Shown in pieces: positions 9,785-19,170 of a stretch of 64,000 nucleotides of DNA. A program made the translations under genes and the position numbers. This DNA is from a bacterium (GTDB taxonomy: Archaea > Thermoplasmatota > E2 > JACPAO01 > JAHFTW01): positions 250,830 through 314,829 of the forward strand of contig JAZJZE010000009.1 of NCBI GenBank assembly GCA_040390065.1, given 5' to 3'. The notes below the pieces were generated by a model. It had not been told where the DNA came from. It did no database searches and worked only from the letters and a program-made list of their open reading frames with translations. Within the stretch, counting starts at the first letter, position 1; each line of letters starts with the position of its first letter.

Positions 9785-11254
9785 TCATACCCCGAGGCTC
9801 ATGCGCACGAAGTCGCGGATGCCCGGACCCAGGCCCACCATGATGATGGCGAACTTGACGAGGCCAATCATGGTCGGATAGCGCTGCGCGTCCTTGGGGT
9901 TCGACACGTCGATTGCGTACACGACGAGAAGACTGACGACGAGCTTGACGGGGAGGAAGCCGAAGAACGTCGGATAGTCGTGCATGGGGGCGAAGCCCGT
10001 CTGCGTCCCGGCGTCGCGCGTCCACTCGATGATTTTGCCAGAGAGGACGTGCTTCTCGTCGTAGACGCGGCCGATGTCGATGCCGATGGACGTGGCAAAA
10101 CCGTCGAGCATCTGGCTGAAGACGAGGAGCATGTTGATGGGGGAGGCGAAGGCGGCCCACTTCGGGTCGCGGCCGGCCGCCTTGTCGCGTGCCGACCAGG
10201 CTCGCGCCGCCCAGGCGATGACGATGGCGACGGCCGCTGCGGCAAACGGCGCCCACAAGGCGAGGATGACGGGGTGCGTGCTGAGGCACCGGTCCGGGAA
10301 GATAAGCGGGCACGACTGGCCGGTGGCCAAGTATGGTAGCCATGGGGCCCGCATGAACTGGGCGATGTACGCGACGGACAGCAGGATCCATCCAATCGAC
10401 ATGAAGCCGACGAGCTCGCTCGGGTCGATGCGGCCGATGCGCCGGAAGCGCCAGGCAGCGATGGCGTACGCGATGAGGCCGAACAGGGCGACCCAGATGG
10501 GGTTCACGTAGGAGTGCACCTGGTTCCAGGTCGGCGGCAGGTACAGCAGCAGGTAGCAGACGACCGGCAAGGCCACGACGAACCAGAGCTTGGCCAGCGC
10601 GCGCTCGAGGCCGGCCTTCTCCGCGATGCCCTTCAGATAGTGGCCGATGACGAAGGTGGCAACACCCATCGCGGCAAACAACAGGTAGATGGGCGGCGTG
10701 ATGAAGAAGTACTGCGTCGGCTGGCCGAACAGGTTGACGTCCTCGAGGACGTGGAAGACGGAGCCGGCGACGACCCATCCGACGGCGCCCATGATGAGCT
10801 TCGGGCCCATGACGGTCTTCTTGCGGGCCAGCATCTGCGCCGTGCCGAGGATGCACAGGCCGAGGAGTGCGGCCCAGGTGAGCGTGTTGACGATGGTGTA
10901 GCCTGAATGGGTCGTCACGCCCTGGCCGGAACACGCGGCGGCGACGATGGAGCCGTCCGGCATCAAGCACTCGGCGGAGTGGCCGGCGGCGTCAGCGTGG
11001 ATGGGGCCCCAATAGTACTGCCAGATGACTTGCCGGCCGAAGGCCTCGGGCCAGGCCTGCGATGCAATCCAGGCCATGACGGGCACTCCGATGAGGATGA
11101 GCGGGACGAGCCAGACGGGCAGGCGTTCGACGATTCCGGAGAAGCGCGACGGCCGTGGCTCCGGCGCGGGTGCGGGCGGCTGGGGCGCGACGGCCGGCTC
11201 GGCGGGGGGCGGCGCGGTCCCGGCGGATGGCTGCGTCGCGTCGGACTCGTCCAT
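9785..11254 (-). CDS. DUF63 family membrane protein
   Basis: QYYWGPI, GYTIVNT, LEDV, FFITPPIY, QMLDGFAT, YDEKHVLS, GLGPGIRD. Confidence 0.85.
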   Translation of the reverse strand: MDESDATQPSAGTAPPPAEPAVAPQPPAPAPEPRPSRFSGIVERLPVWLVPLILIGVPVMAWIASQAWPEAFGRQVIWQYYWGPIHADAAGHSAECLMPDGSIVAAACSGQGVTTHSGYTIVNTLTWAALLGLCILGTAQMLARKKTVMGPKLIMGAVGWVVAGSVFHVLEDVNLFGQPTQYFFITPPIYLLFAAMGVATFVIGHYLKGIAEKAGLERALAKLWFVVALPVVCYLLLYLPPTWNQVHSYVNPIWVALFGLIAYAIAAWRFRRIGRIDPSELVGFMSIGWILLSVAYIAQFMRAPWLPYLATGQSCPLIFPDRCLSTHPVILALWAPFAAAAVAIVIAWAARAWSARDKAAGRDPKWAAFASPINMLLVFSQMLDGFATSIGIDIGRVYDEKHVLSGKIIEWTRDAGTQTGFAPMHDYPTFFGFLPVKLVVSLLVVYAIDVSNPKDAQRYPTMIGLVKFAIIMVGLGPGIRDFVRMSLGV

Positions 11255-11332
11255 GGTCGGGCGTGCCGACTGGGGCCGCTGTCATAACCGTGATGGGCGC
11301 GCCATCCCTAAACGGGCAAATATGGCGCCTTC

Positions 11333-12280
11333 GTGCGAACGGCCGTGAAGGGAGGCTTCGACCGCACCGACGCGCAACTTGCCCTTCTCGTCGTCATCTG
11401 GGGGACCGCGTTCCCCATCATCCCCGTGGTCGAGCAGGCGCTCGGCCCGTTCCAGTTGACGTGGTATCGCTACCTGCCGTTCCCCATCCTCTACGGCGCC
11501 TACCTCCTCACCCGGCGGCGCGCAATGTTTGCGACCGTGACGGGACGCGACTGGCTCGTCATGGGTGCGATCGGCTGCGTCGGCGTCATCGGCTACCACT
11601 TCCCGCTCAACTGGGCCCTCGACCCGGCGCGCCCCGGAGCTCTGACAGGCGCCGCCGGCGCCATCATCATCGCGACAACGCCCCTCTGGACCATGCTCAT
11701 CGCCGTCGTCACGGGACACGAACGCTACAATGGGCTCGCCGCGCTTGGCACGGCAATCGCCTTCGGCGGCGTCGGAGTGGTCATCGCCCTCGGGCAAGCC
11801 GACAGCAACGTCCACCTCGCAGCCGGCGCCCTCGTCGCCCTGCTGGCACCCATTTCTTGGGCCCTGTATTCCGTTTACACGAAGCCGATGATTGCGCGCT
11901 ACGGTGGCATCTTCGTGACCGGCGTGACGCTGAGCATCGGCACCTTCGCGCTCCTGCCCATCGGCATCCAGTACGGCGTCGCGCCGCTTCGGGCCCTGAG
12001 CGCGGTCCAGTGGTGGGGCCTTGCGTTCCTCGCCATCCTGTCGACGGCCCTCGGCTACGCCCTCTGGAACGACGCCCTCAAGCGCCGGACAGCAAGCGCC
12101 GTGTCGGCTTACATCTACTTCAATCCCGTCGTGGCCACCGTCGTCGCGGTGCTGTTCTTCCACGAACGGCTGACGGCGTACTTTGCCCTCGGCGGCGCCC
12201 TCGTCATCGCCGGCGTCCTCCTCGTCAACCGGGCCCGCTTGGCCGCGGCCGCCGTTGCCGCCGTCCCCGTGAAGTCTTAA
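11333..12280 (+). CDS. DMT/EamA family transporter
   Basis: IWGTAF; about 10 TM in two repeats; YFNPVVA. Confidence 0.9.
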   Translation: MRTAVKGGFDRTDAQLALLVVIWGTAFPIIPVVEQALGPFQLTWYRYLPFPILYGAYLLTRRRAMFATVTGRDWLVMGAIGCVGVIGYHFPLNWALDPARPGALTGAAGAIIIATTPLWTMLIAVVTGHERYNGLAALGTAIAFGGVGVVIALGQADSNVHLAAGALVALLAPISWALYSVYTKPMIARYGGIFVTGVTLSIGTFALLPIGIQYGVAPLRALSAVQWWGLAFLAILSTALGYALWNDALKRRTASAVSAYIYFNPVVATVVAVLFFHERLTAYFALGGALVIAGVLLVNRARLAAAAVAAVPVKS

Positions 12281-12302
12281 CGCCGGGCGGTGTGGCGGTG
12301 GC

Positions 12303-13508
12303 GTGGCGGTCCTCTCGCTCGCCGATGTCCAGAAGGCCATGCAGTCGCTGCGCGGTGTCGTGCGCCACACGCCGATGCGGCGCTCGACGACGATTGGCGA
12401 CATGACCGGCTCGGAGTTCCACTTCAAGCTGGAGAACTTCCAGCTCACGGGCTCGTTCAAGGTGCGCGGCGCCATCCACAAGGTCGACAGCCTGTCCGCC
12501 GCCGACCGCAAGAAGGGCGTCGTGGCGGCCTCTGCGGGCAACCATGCGCAGGGTGTGGCGTACGCGGCACGCCGGGCGGGCGTCAAGTGCGACATCTTCA
12601 TGCCCGAGGAGGCAACGCTTGCGAAGGTCATGGCGACGAAGGGCTACGGCGCGACCGTGCACCTTGCTGGCCGCGACTACCAGGACACCTTCGAGCACGC
12701 CTTGGCGTTCCAGAAGAAGGCGGGCGCCGTGTACGTGCACGCCTTCGACGACCCGCTCATCATGGCAGGCCAAGGGACGATCGGCCTCGAGATCAAGGAG
12801 GACCTGCCGAAGGTCGACACGGTCTTCGTCCCCATCGGCGGCGGCGGCCTCATCTCGGGCATCGCGACAGCCCTCAAGGGATTGGACCCGAAGGTGCGCG
12901 TGATCGGCGTGCAGGCCGCAGGCGCCAACACGATCGCCCCCAGCCTCGAGAAAGGTGTCGCCATCACCCTCGACTCCGTGGACACGATGGCGGACGGCAT
13001 CGCCGTGCGCAAGGCGAACCCGACGACGCTCTCCGTCATCAAGGAGCGCGTCGACCAGGTCGTGACCGTGTCGGAGTCGGAGATCAGCGCCGCCATCCTG
13101 TTCCTGCTGGAGCGCATGAAGGTCGTGGCGGAAGGGGCGGGCGCCGTGACGCTTGCCGCGGCGATGCATGGCAAAGCCGACTTGAAGGGGCGCACCGCCT
13201 GCGCCCTCGTCTCCGGGGGCAACATCGACATGACGCTCATGTCGCGCATCATCCGCCGCGGTCTCGTCACCGAAGGCCGCATCGCCGTCTTCAGCATGAC
13301 CATCAGCGACCGCCCCGGCTCGCTGGCATCGCTTCTCAACCTCATGGCGCAGCACAGGGGCTCCATCATCGACATCCGCCACGACCGCCACCACGACGAC
13401 ATCAGCATCAACCGCACGGTGGTCGAGTTGCACGTCGAGACGCGCGGCCCCGAGCACATCGACGAACTGCGCCGCGCGTTGCAGGGCGCCGGGTACGACC
13501 TGCGCTAG
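12303..13508 (+). CDS. ilvA: threonine ammonia-lyase with C-terminal ACT domain
   Basis: PLP lysine motif KLENFQLTGSFKVRGA, ASAGNHAQG, PIGGGGLISG, SGGNID; ACT domain DRPGSL. Confidence 0.93.
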   Translation: MAVLSLADVQKAMQSLRGVVRHTPMRRSTTIGDMTGSEFHFKLENFQLTGSFKVRGAIHKVDSLSAADRKKGVVAASAGNHAQGVAYAARRAGVKCDIFMPEEATLAKVMATKGYGATVHLAGRDYQDTFEHALAFQKKAGAVYVHAFDDPLIMAGQGTIGLEIKEDLPKVDTVFVPIGGGGLISGIATALKGLDPKVRVIGVQAAGANTIAPSLEKGVAITLDSVDTMADGIAVRKANPTTLSVIKERVDQVVTVSESEISAAILFLLERMKVVAEGAGAVTLAAAMHGKADLKGRTACALVSGGNIDMTLMSRIIRRGLVTEGRIAVFSMTISDRPGSLASLLNLMAQHRGSIIDIRHDRHHDDISINRTVVELHVETRGPEHIDELRRALQGAGYDLR

Positions 13509-13813
13509 CGCGAGATGAGGTCCCAGAGCGGCCGGATGCGCGTGAAGCGTCGCCGCGCCGCACCGATGCCACCCGCGAGGAGCCCGACGAGCACGGCGGC
13601 AAGCAGCAGGCCCGCGGCGACCGAGACGGCCGGCTTCGTGGCGGGCGCTGCCGTGGCCAGCAGACCGAGGAGTGCGAGCATGGCGTAGCCGAACAGGACG
13701 AGGAGGTTGCCCTGTCGGGCGTGGAAACGGACCAAGCGGTCATGCGGCGCAGAGCGGGCGCACGCGATGGCGACGCCGGGGACCGGGATGTACGCCAGCC
13801 AGGCTGCCGTCAT
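13505..13813 (-). CDS. small membrane protein (DUF4870-like)
   Basis: LAYIP...VRFHARQG, 3 TM. Start ATG 13813. Confidence 0.7.
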   Translation of the reverse strand: MTAAWLAYIPVPGVAIACARSAPHDRLVRFHARQGNLLVLFGYAMLALLGLLATAAPATKPAVSVAAGLLLAAVLVGLLAGGIGAARRRFTRIRPLWDLISR

Positions 13814-13894
13814 CGGGGCGAGCAGGGCTTGCCGCCTTTGAAGACTGCTGGCCGCGCCGGGAAATCTTATGGGCGAGGCGCAAGTCCGGCGGCC

Positions 13895-14899
13895 ATGGAC
13901 ACCAAGACCCTCGAAGCCACCGCGCAGGCGCTGGTCGCCGGCACGAAGGGCATCCTCGCGGCCGACGAGTCGACGGCGACGATCGGCAAGCGCTTCCAGG
14001 CCATCGGCACCGAGTCGACGGAGTCGAGCCGCCGCGACTACCGCCACCTCCTCTTCACGACGCCGGGTGCGGGGGATTCGGTAAGCGGCGCCATCCTCTA
14101 CGACGAGACGTTGCGGCAGAAGGCGTCGGACGGGACGCCCATTGTCAGCGTGCTGGCCAAGGCCGGCATCATCCCCGGCATCAAGGTCGACACGGGCGCA
14201 TACGACCTGCCCAACTTCCCGGGCGAGAAGATCACGGAAGGGCTCGACGGGCTGCGCGGGCGCCTAGCGGAGTACCACAAGATCGGGGCGCGCTTTACCA
14301 AGTGGCGCGCCGTCATCACGATTGGCGACGGCATCCCGACCGGGTACTGCATCAAGGCCAACGCGCAGGCCCTCGCACGCTACGCAGCCTTGGCGCAGGA
14401 AGCCGGACTGGTCCCCATCGTCGAGCCCGAAGTCCTCATGGACGCGGACAACACGGTCGAGCGCTGCGAAGAGGTGACGGCCGAAGCGTGGCGCGTCACG
14501 TTCAACGCCTTGCGCAAGGCCCGCGTGCACCTGCCCGGAATGCTCCTCAAGCCGAACATGGTGATTGCTGGCAAGAAGTGCCCGGTGCAGGCGCCTGCCC
14601 AAGTCGTGGCGGAGCGCACCGTCACGCTGCTGCGCGCCCATGTCCCCCCCGCCGTGCCGGGCATCGTCTTCCTGTCTGGTGGCCAGTCGCCCGAGCAGGC
14701 AACGGAACACCTGCGTCTCATGAACCGCCTTGGTCCGCACCCGTGGAAACTGTCGTTCAGCTACGGCCGCGCCCTGCAGGACCCGGCCTTGAAGGCGTGG
14801 GGCGGCAAGCCGGCAAACGTCAAAGCTGCGCAGGACGCGTTTGCCAAGGTCGCAAGGGCGAATGCGGCGGCGTGCGCGGGAAAGACCCTCGTGGCGTAG
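13895..14899 (+). CDS. fba: fructose-bisphosphate aldolase class I (eukaryote/bacterial Glycolytic family)
   Basis: KGILAADES, PGIKVDTG, KWRAVI, VPIVEPEV, Schiff-base lysine LLKPNMV, FLSGGQS, FSYGRALQ. Confidence 0.95.
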   Translation: MDTKTLEATAQALVAGTKGILAADESTATIGKRFQAIGTESTESSRRDYRHLLFTTPGAGDSVSGAILYDETLRQKASDGTPIVSVLAKAGIIPGIKVDTGAYDLPNFPGEKITEGLDGLRGRLAEYHKIGARFTKWRAVITIGDGIPTGYCIKANAQALARYAALAQEAGLVPIVEPEVLMDADNTVERCEEVTAEAWRVTFNALRKARVHLPGMLLKPNMVIAGKKCPVQAPAQVVAERTVTLLRAHVPPAVPGIVFLSGGQSPEQATEHLRLMNRLGPHPWKLSFSYGRALQDPALKAWGGKPANVKAAQDAFAKVARANAAACAGKTLVA

Positions 14900-14970
14900 G
14901 CCGCCGTCCTGCCTCGCAGACGTCGACCGGCCACGCCAGGCTCCGACCGCGGCGACGCGCACGAGGTGGC

Positions 14971-15312
14971 CGCGTGGCTGAGTGTGGGAAACCTGGGAGA
15001 ACAGGAATCTCGTGAAGAGAACGGGAATGGGTTCCTGTTCTCCGTTCGTCTCCGGTTCTCCCAGGCCGCCCGTGCCTGAAAGGCCAGGAAACCGTGGAAA
15101 ATGGGTGAAACGCGTTTCCGGTTTTCGGCGATTTCCTGAGCTTCCAGGCCCCCGGCGGCCCCAGCCATCGCTGCGCTCGGCTCGCCTCGCCCTCGCTCTG
15201 CGCGCTTCGCGGCGCATTCGCTCGCCCCGACCGGGGGCTGCTTCGTGTCCCTTCCATTCCTTCATGACGTCGCCGCCGTCGGAGGAACGCGGGAATGGTT
15301 CGTTGACCTGGA
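14971..15312 (+). repeat. 342-bp inverted repeat, left copy
   Basis: Reverse complement of 19923-20264. Ends checked by eye (CGCGTGGCTGAGTGTGGG...CGTTGACCTGGA); identical translations in the ORF track. Confidence 0.95.
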
Positions 15313-15326
15313 CAAGCAGGTTTTCC

Positions 15327-16307
15327 CTACGGCTGGGGCGAGCTTGCCGCGACGAGGTCTGGCATCTTCGTCCGTCCGCACAGCCACGCGTACAGTGCGT
15401 CTTCGCGGTAGCCGAACGGCGAGAGAAGGGTCTCGACGTTGCGCGCGAGGAGCCGGACGTAGGCGTCGATGGAGTACGTCTCGCGCGGCGAGCCGAACCA
15501 TGGCGATTGCTTGCCGAGGAGTTCCACGGGTTTGACCCGCGCATCCCAAGGGCCCGTCTGGCGCGACACGACGTACTTGACGTATTCGCCGGGCTTGCGT
15601 TCGGTGCCGGCGTCGCGCAGGAGTCTGAGGGCCGCCTTGGTGCCCGTGTTGGCGCTGTAGTCCTCGACGCTCATGCGGGCTTGCAGCATGAGGCCCAGGT
15701 CCTCGGGGTCGACTTCGCGTCGGCGCAGGCGTCCGGCGGCCTCCTTCGCGACGGCAAGGGCGCGTGGGATGCGCAGCAGGAAACCTTTGGCGTCATCCGC
15801 TTCGGCAAAGACGTCCAGCATGCCCTGCTGCACGTCGTACAGAAACGGCGGCGTGCTGTGGCGTTGCACCTCGATGCCGCGCACTTTGAGGGTGCCGTCC
15901 TCGAACTTGCCGTAGTAGCGGTTGGGCACGCCGACTTCGCTTGAGGTGCTGTGGGTCTTCGACGGCAACAGGACGAGCCAGCGGTAGACGCCTTCCACGT
16001 CCATGGGGACGCCGACTTCCTTGGAGACGAGGTGCGACACGTGCACGGCGTCGGCGCGCGTGATGCCGGGCTTGTGCAGGAAGACGCAGTCCGTGAGCGC
16101 GTGCACCATCGTGTAGCCTTCGCGCTGCGCCACTTCGCGGGCGCGCGTCATGCCCGCTCGTCCCAAGCATTGGATGGCCTGGTGCACCTCGGCGCAGCCG
16201 AAGCGGGCGTTGCGGTAGCGGAAGTAGCCGAAGCAGACGACGCCGAGGGCTTTGTGCTCGGATTTGATCGCTTTGGCCTTGGCGACGAGGTTGGAGGCGC
16301 TCGTCAT
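15327..16307 (-). CDS. polB2: DNA polymerase family B, PolB2 group, C-terminal half
   Basis: Motif B K..GVVCFGYFRYRNARFG, degenerate motif C HALTDC, VPNRYYG, LKVRGIEVQRHSTP, GEYVKYVV. Confidence 0.9.
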   Translation of the reverse strand: MTSASNLVAKAKAIKSEHKALGVVCFGYFRYRNARFGCAEVHQAIQCLGRAGMTRAREVAQREGYTMVHALTDCVFLHKPGITRADAVHVSHLVSKEVGVPMDVEGVYRWLVLLPSKTHSTSSEVGVPNRYYGKFEDGTLKVRGIEVQRHSTPPFLYDVQQGMLDVFAEADDAKGFLLRIPRALAVAKEAAGRLRRREVDPEDLGLMLQARMSVEDYSANTGTKAALRLLRDAGTERKPGEYVKYVVSRQTGPWDARVKPVELLGKQSPWFGSPRETYSIDAYVRLLARNVETLLSPFGYREDALYAWLCGRTKMPDLVAASSPQP

Positions 16308-16561
16308 CGGTACACCATCGAGCGGTGGCCGAAACGGAAGAACACAATTTCGTTTTCCTGGACGGCGTACATGCCGCGATAACGGCCGACATGGACGCGA
16401 TATGCTCCTCCATGCATCTTCATGACGTCGAGGCCTGGTCGAGGACGAAACGGGTTTTCCTGGAGCATCGTGAAGGCCTTCTTGAAATGCCGCTGGACAG
16501 GGTCGGGCAGGTCATCCAACTCCAGGAGGGCCGACGGGGCGATCGTGACAACAAACGGCAT
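16304..16561 (-). CDS. RelE/ParE family toxin
   Basis: 85 aa; LDDLPDPVQRHF..LQENPF, YRVHVGRYR..Y, GHRSMVY. Confidence 0.85.
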   Translation of the reverse strand: MPFVVTIAPSALLELDDLPDPVQRHFKKAFTMLQENPFRPRPGLDVMKMHGGAYRVHVGRYRGMYAVQENEIVFFRFGHRSMVYR

Positions 16562-16562
16562 C

Positions 16563-16787
16563 CTATACGAACTTCCCTTTCTTGCTGTCCCACGTCAAGC
16601 GCGGGCGTTCCTTCATGCGGCGGTCCATCTCCTTCCAGAACGCCTCCGTCGGGGTCTCGTCCATGAATGCGTTGAGCACGTCGTCGTACGTCTTGCCACC
16701 TACTTTGTACGACCTGAGGCGCCGGAGGGTCTCAGGCTTGACGGGGACGGAAGTGAAAGTGGTCGTGCGCAGGGGGGCCTTGGCCAT
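16563..16787 (-). CDS. putative antitoxin (RHH-like N-terminus)
   Basis: 74 aa directly upstream of the toxin; TSVPVKPETLRRLRSYK..GKTYDDVL. Confidence 0.75.
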   Translation of the reverse strand: MAKAPLRTTTFTSVPVKPETLRRLRSYKVGGKTYDDVLNAFMDETPTEAFWKEMDRRMKERPRLTWDSKKGKFV

Positions 16788-16820
16788 GACAATCATTACA
16801 GTCATGACAATCATGAACGT
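16785..16820. promoter_or_regulatory. candidate TA operator: 4 x 9-bp tandem repeat
   Basis: CATGACAAT CATTACAGT CATGACAAT CATGAACGT overlapping the antitoxin start; contains TCATGA palindromes. Confidence 0.55.
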
Positions 16821-16908
16821 TGCGGCAGCGGATTCATTTCACTGTCCCGGCCCAAACCATTGTCTACGCCAAGTCCATCGCATGCTGCCGCCCAGGCGGA
16901 AGTGAACC

Positions 16909-17325
16909 ATGGCCACCCAGACCAAGCAGACCCAGAAGCCCGCAGCCTCAATGACCTCGCGCAAGGTGCGTCCCGGTTTCATCTCGCACACCGAGCTCGC
17001 CAGCAAGGACCCTGCCGCCACGAAGGCGTGGTGCCAGAACGTCCTCGGGTGGCAGTTCGGCGCCCCCGTCGCGACTCCCAACGGCGACTACCACATGTGG
17101 CAGTTCGACGAGGCCAACGGCGGCGGCATCCGCAACACCAACGCGGGCGAACCCGGCGGCACCGTCCCCTACGCCGAGGTCACCGACATCAAGGCCGCCT
17201 ACGCCAAGGCCAAGAAGGCTGGCGCCACCGAGATGATGCCGCCCAGCGAAGTGCCCGGCGGCGGCTGGATCGCCATCGTGCAAGCCCCGGGTTCCGTCCC
17301 GATCGGGTTCTGGGCGCCGAAGTGA
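16909..17325 (+). CDS. VOC/glyoxalase family protein
   Basis: ISHTELASKDPAATKAW..VLGW, GGGI, PYAEVTDI, EVPGGGWIAIVQAPG. Confidence 0.88.
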   Translation: MATQTKQTQKPAASMTSRKVRPGFISHTELASKDPAATKAWCQNVLGWQFGAPVATPNGDYHMWQFDEANGGGIRNTNAGEPGGTVPYAEVTDIKAAYAKAKKAGATEMMPPSEVPGGGWIAIVQAPGSVPIGFWAPK

Positions 17326-17329
17326 AGCG

Positions 17330-17713
17330 CTAGCGCACGAACCACGCCGCAACCGATTCCGCGGCGAAGAGGGCGATGCCGATGCCGGTCCCGATGGCGG
17401 AGCCGTTTGGGCCCGTCGACAGGCTTTGCCACAGCGCGATGAGTGTGGCGGCCATGATGCCAGAGGCAAGAGACGCAATGCCCAGGCCCACGGCCGTATC
17501 GGCCCCCACTCGCCACGCGCCGTAGAGCATCACGGCGCCGCAGCCGACGGGCAAGAACCCGATGGCCAGCAGTCGGGCAAGGCGGGCATCGAAGCCGCCG
17601 CGTTCGCCGAAAGCAACCATCGTCACGGCGATCCAGTGGCCGACGCCCGAGAGGAGGGCCACGGCACCGAGGAGGAAAGCGGCAGTCGTTGCAATCCCCT
17701 GTGGGGTTGCCAC
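17330..17713 (-). CDS. small 4-TM membrane protein
   Basis: Four hydrophobic segments; fills the gap between the VOC gene and polB2-N. Confidence 0.6.
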   Translation of the reverse strand: MATPQGIATTAAFLLGAVALLSGVGHWIAVTMVAFGERGGFDARLARLLAIGFLPVGCGAVMLYGAWRVGADTAVGLGIASLASGIMAATLIALWQSLSTGPNGSAIGTGIGIALFAAESVAAWFVR

Positions 17714-17747
17714 GCCGTGGCATCGGGCAAGCGGACTTGGAGTTTCG

Positions 17748-19112
17748 CTATCCCGGGGCCTTCGCCTTCTTGAGCACGGCCTTCGCCCAGCGCCGGTGGC
17801 CCCACAAGCGACGCAGGATCTCTGACTGGTGTCCCTGCTCCTTGCAGACGTGGTAGCCGAGTTCCGGGATGACTTCGCCGTCGGGGCAGCACGTGCAATT
17901 CAGGGTATCGGACGAGAGGTTGTGGCGCACGACCAGGCTCGGGTAGTAGCCTGAGAAATCGCATGCCGCGACGTCCTCGTACAGGCCGGGTTCCGGCACC
18001 ATGATCTGGCCGCCGCGGTCGACGGCGCAGAGTGTGGCTGCGTCCTTCCAGTCTTCGGCCAGGTTGCGTTTCCACGGCAAGGCGACACCGCGGTCGGTGG
18101 CGAGGTCGATCTGCATCTGCTGCAGGGCGAAGCCGGCGCCGTTACGGTTGACATCCTGGGCTCTGCGGTTGGCCACACGTGCGAGGTACACGATGCCATG
18201 CAGGTCCTTGCGGTCGTCTTCGGAGTCGAGCGTCTTCTTGGCGAGGTCGATGTGCCAGCGGCCGCGCAAGTAGAAGGCGTGCGTCTTGAACAGCCAGCGG
18301 CCGTACGTGTGGATGCTCTTGCTGGCCTGGTCGGGCTTGTCGGGCAACGGGTCGGCGTCACGGCCCAGGCGCACCTCACCCTCGATGCCCAGGGCCTTGA
18401 TGCGGCTGAGGAGGAACGGAATGTCGAAGCGGTCGCCATGGCGCGTCACGATGACATCAGGGTCCAGAAGCGCAAGGGACGATGCAAAGGCGCGAAGCGT
18501 GTCGCGCTCTGCGGCTGCATCGCCAGGCGCCGCGCACGGCAGGACCTCGTCGCCGAGGCGGATGGACTCGAGCGGGTCCGTGAAGGCGGGCACGTAGCCG
18601 TCCTTGCGCGCGGTGACCTCGAGGCGTACAGTGCGCAGGTCGGGATCGGGGTATTCGACGGTCCAGCGGTCTTCCCCCGGTGCCGGGCGCAGTTCGATGC
18701 CCGAGGCCGAGGTTGCAAGGCGGCACATGGACCACAATCCCTGCGCATGCATCCAGCGCGACTCCTGGCCGTGGTCGACGTCGAAGAACAGGAAGCCCTT
18801 CGTGTGCGTGCGGCGCCGCAGGTCCGTCGCGATGGCCCACGTATCCTGCAGGCGCTTGGGTCGCACGCGAAGCACCTCGGTCTCGGGTCCGCGCAGCCAC
18901 AGCCGTTGCCGGGACCTCCAAGTCTTGTCGACGCGGCCGTCCTGCGCTAGCAGTTTTTCCGCAAGCGACAGCGGCTGTGTCTCGGCCTTGACGCAGAAAT
19001 CCGGGAAGTAGGGCACGAGCCGCTTCGTGACGGCATCGCCGTGCTTGACCCAGACGACGAGGCAGGACTTGCGCGGATGGGGGTAGACGTCGAAGAGCCA
19101 GGCGTCATCCAT
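17748..19112 (-). CDS. polB2: DNA polymerase family B, PolB2 group, N-terminal half
   Basis: WLFDVYP, DPDVIVTRHGDRFDIPFL, GRWHID, DRGGQIMVPEPGLYEDVAACDFSGYYPSLVVRHNLSSDTLNCTCC; ends after the first fingers helix. Confidence 0.9.
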   Translation of the reverse strand: MDDAWLFDVYPHPRKSCLVVWVKHGDAVTKRLVPYFPDFCVKAETQPLSLAEKLLAQDGRVDKTWRSRQRLWLRGPETEVLRVRPKRLQDTWAIATDLRRRTHTKGFLFFDVDHGQESRWMHAQGLWSMCRLATSASGIELRPAPGEDRWTVEYPDPDLRTVRLEVTARKDGYVPAFTDPLESIRLGDEVLPCAAPGDAAAERDTLRAFASSLALLDPDVIVTRHGDRFDIPFLLSRIKALGIEGEVRLGRDADPLPDKPDQASKSIHTYGRWLFKTHAFYLRGRWHIDLAKKTLDSEDDRKDLHGIVYLARVANRRAQDVNRNGAGFALQQMQIDLATDRGVALPWKRNLAEDWKDAATLCAVDRGGQIMVPEPGLYEDVAACDFSGYYPSLVVRHNLSSDTLNCTCCPDGEVIPELGYHVCKEQGHQSEILRRLWGHRRWAKAVLKKAKAPG

Positions 19113-19134
19113 GCCGACGCACCCCTGGACGAAC

Positions 19135-19170
19135 CACTGAACGCACTGAACGCACTGAAATCACTGAACC
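19135..19170. repeat. 4 x 9-bp tandem repeat upstream of polB2-N
   Basis: CACTGAACG CACTGAACG CACTGAAAT CACTGAACC. Confidence 0.85.

Noticed and set aside
14982-15312. ORFs reading through the IRs (MWETWENR..., MEGTRSS...)
   Set aside because: Low-complexity Arg/Pro translations of repeat DNA; used only as evidence that the arms are identical.
16308-17747. Intein, intron or precisely excising element restoring polB2
   Set aside because: No intein termini or recombinase. Only a 6-bp in-frame microhomology (AAGGCC) is shared by the two ends, too short to support excision.
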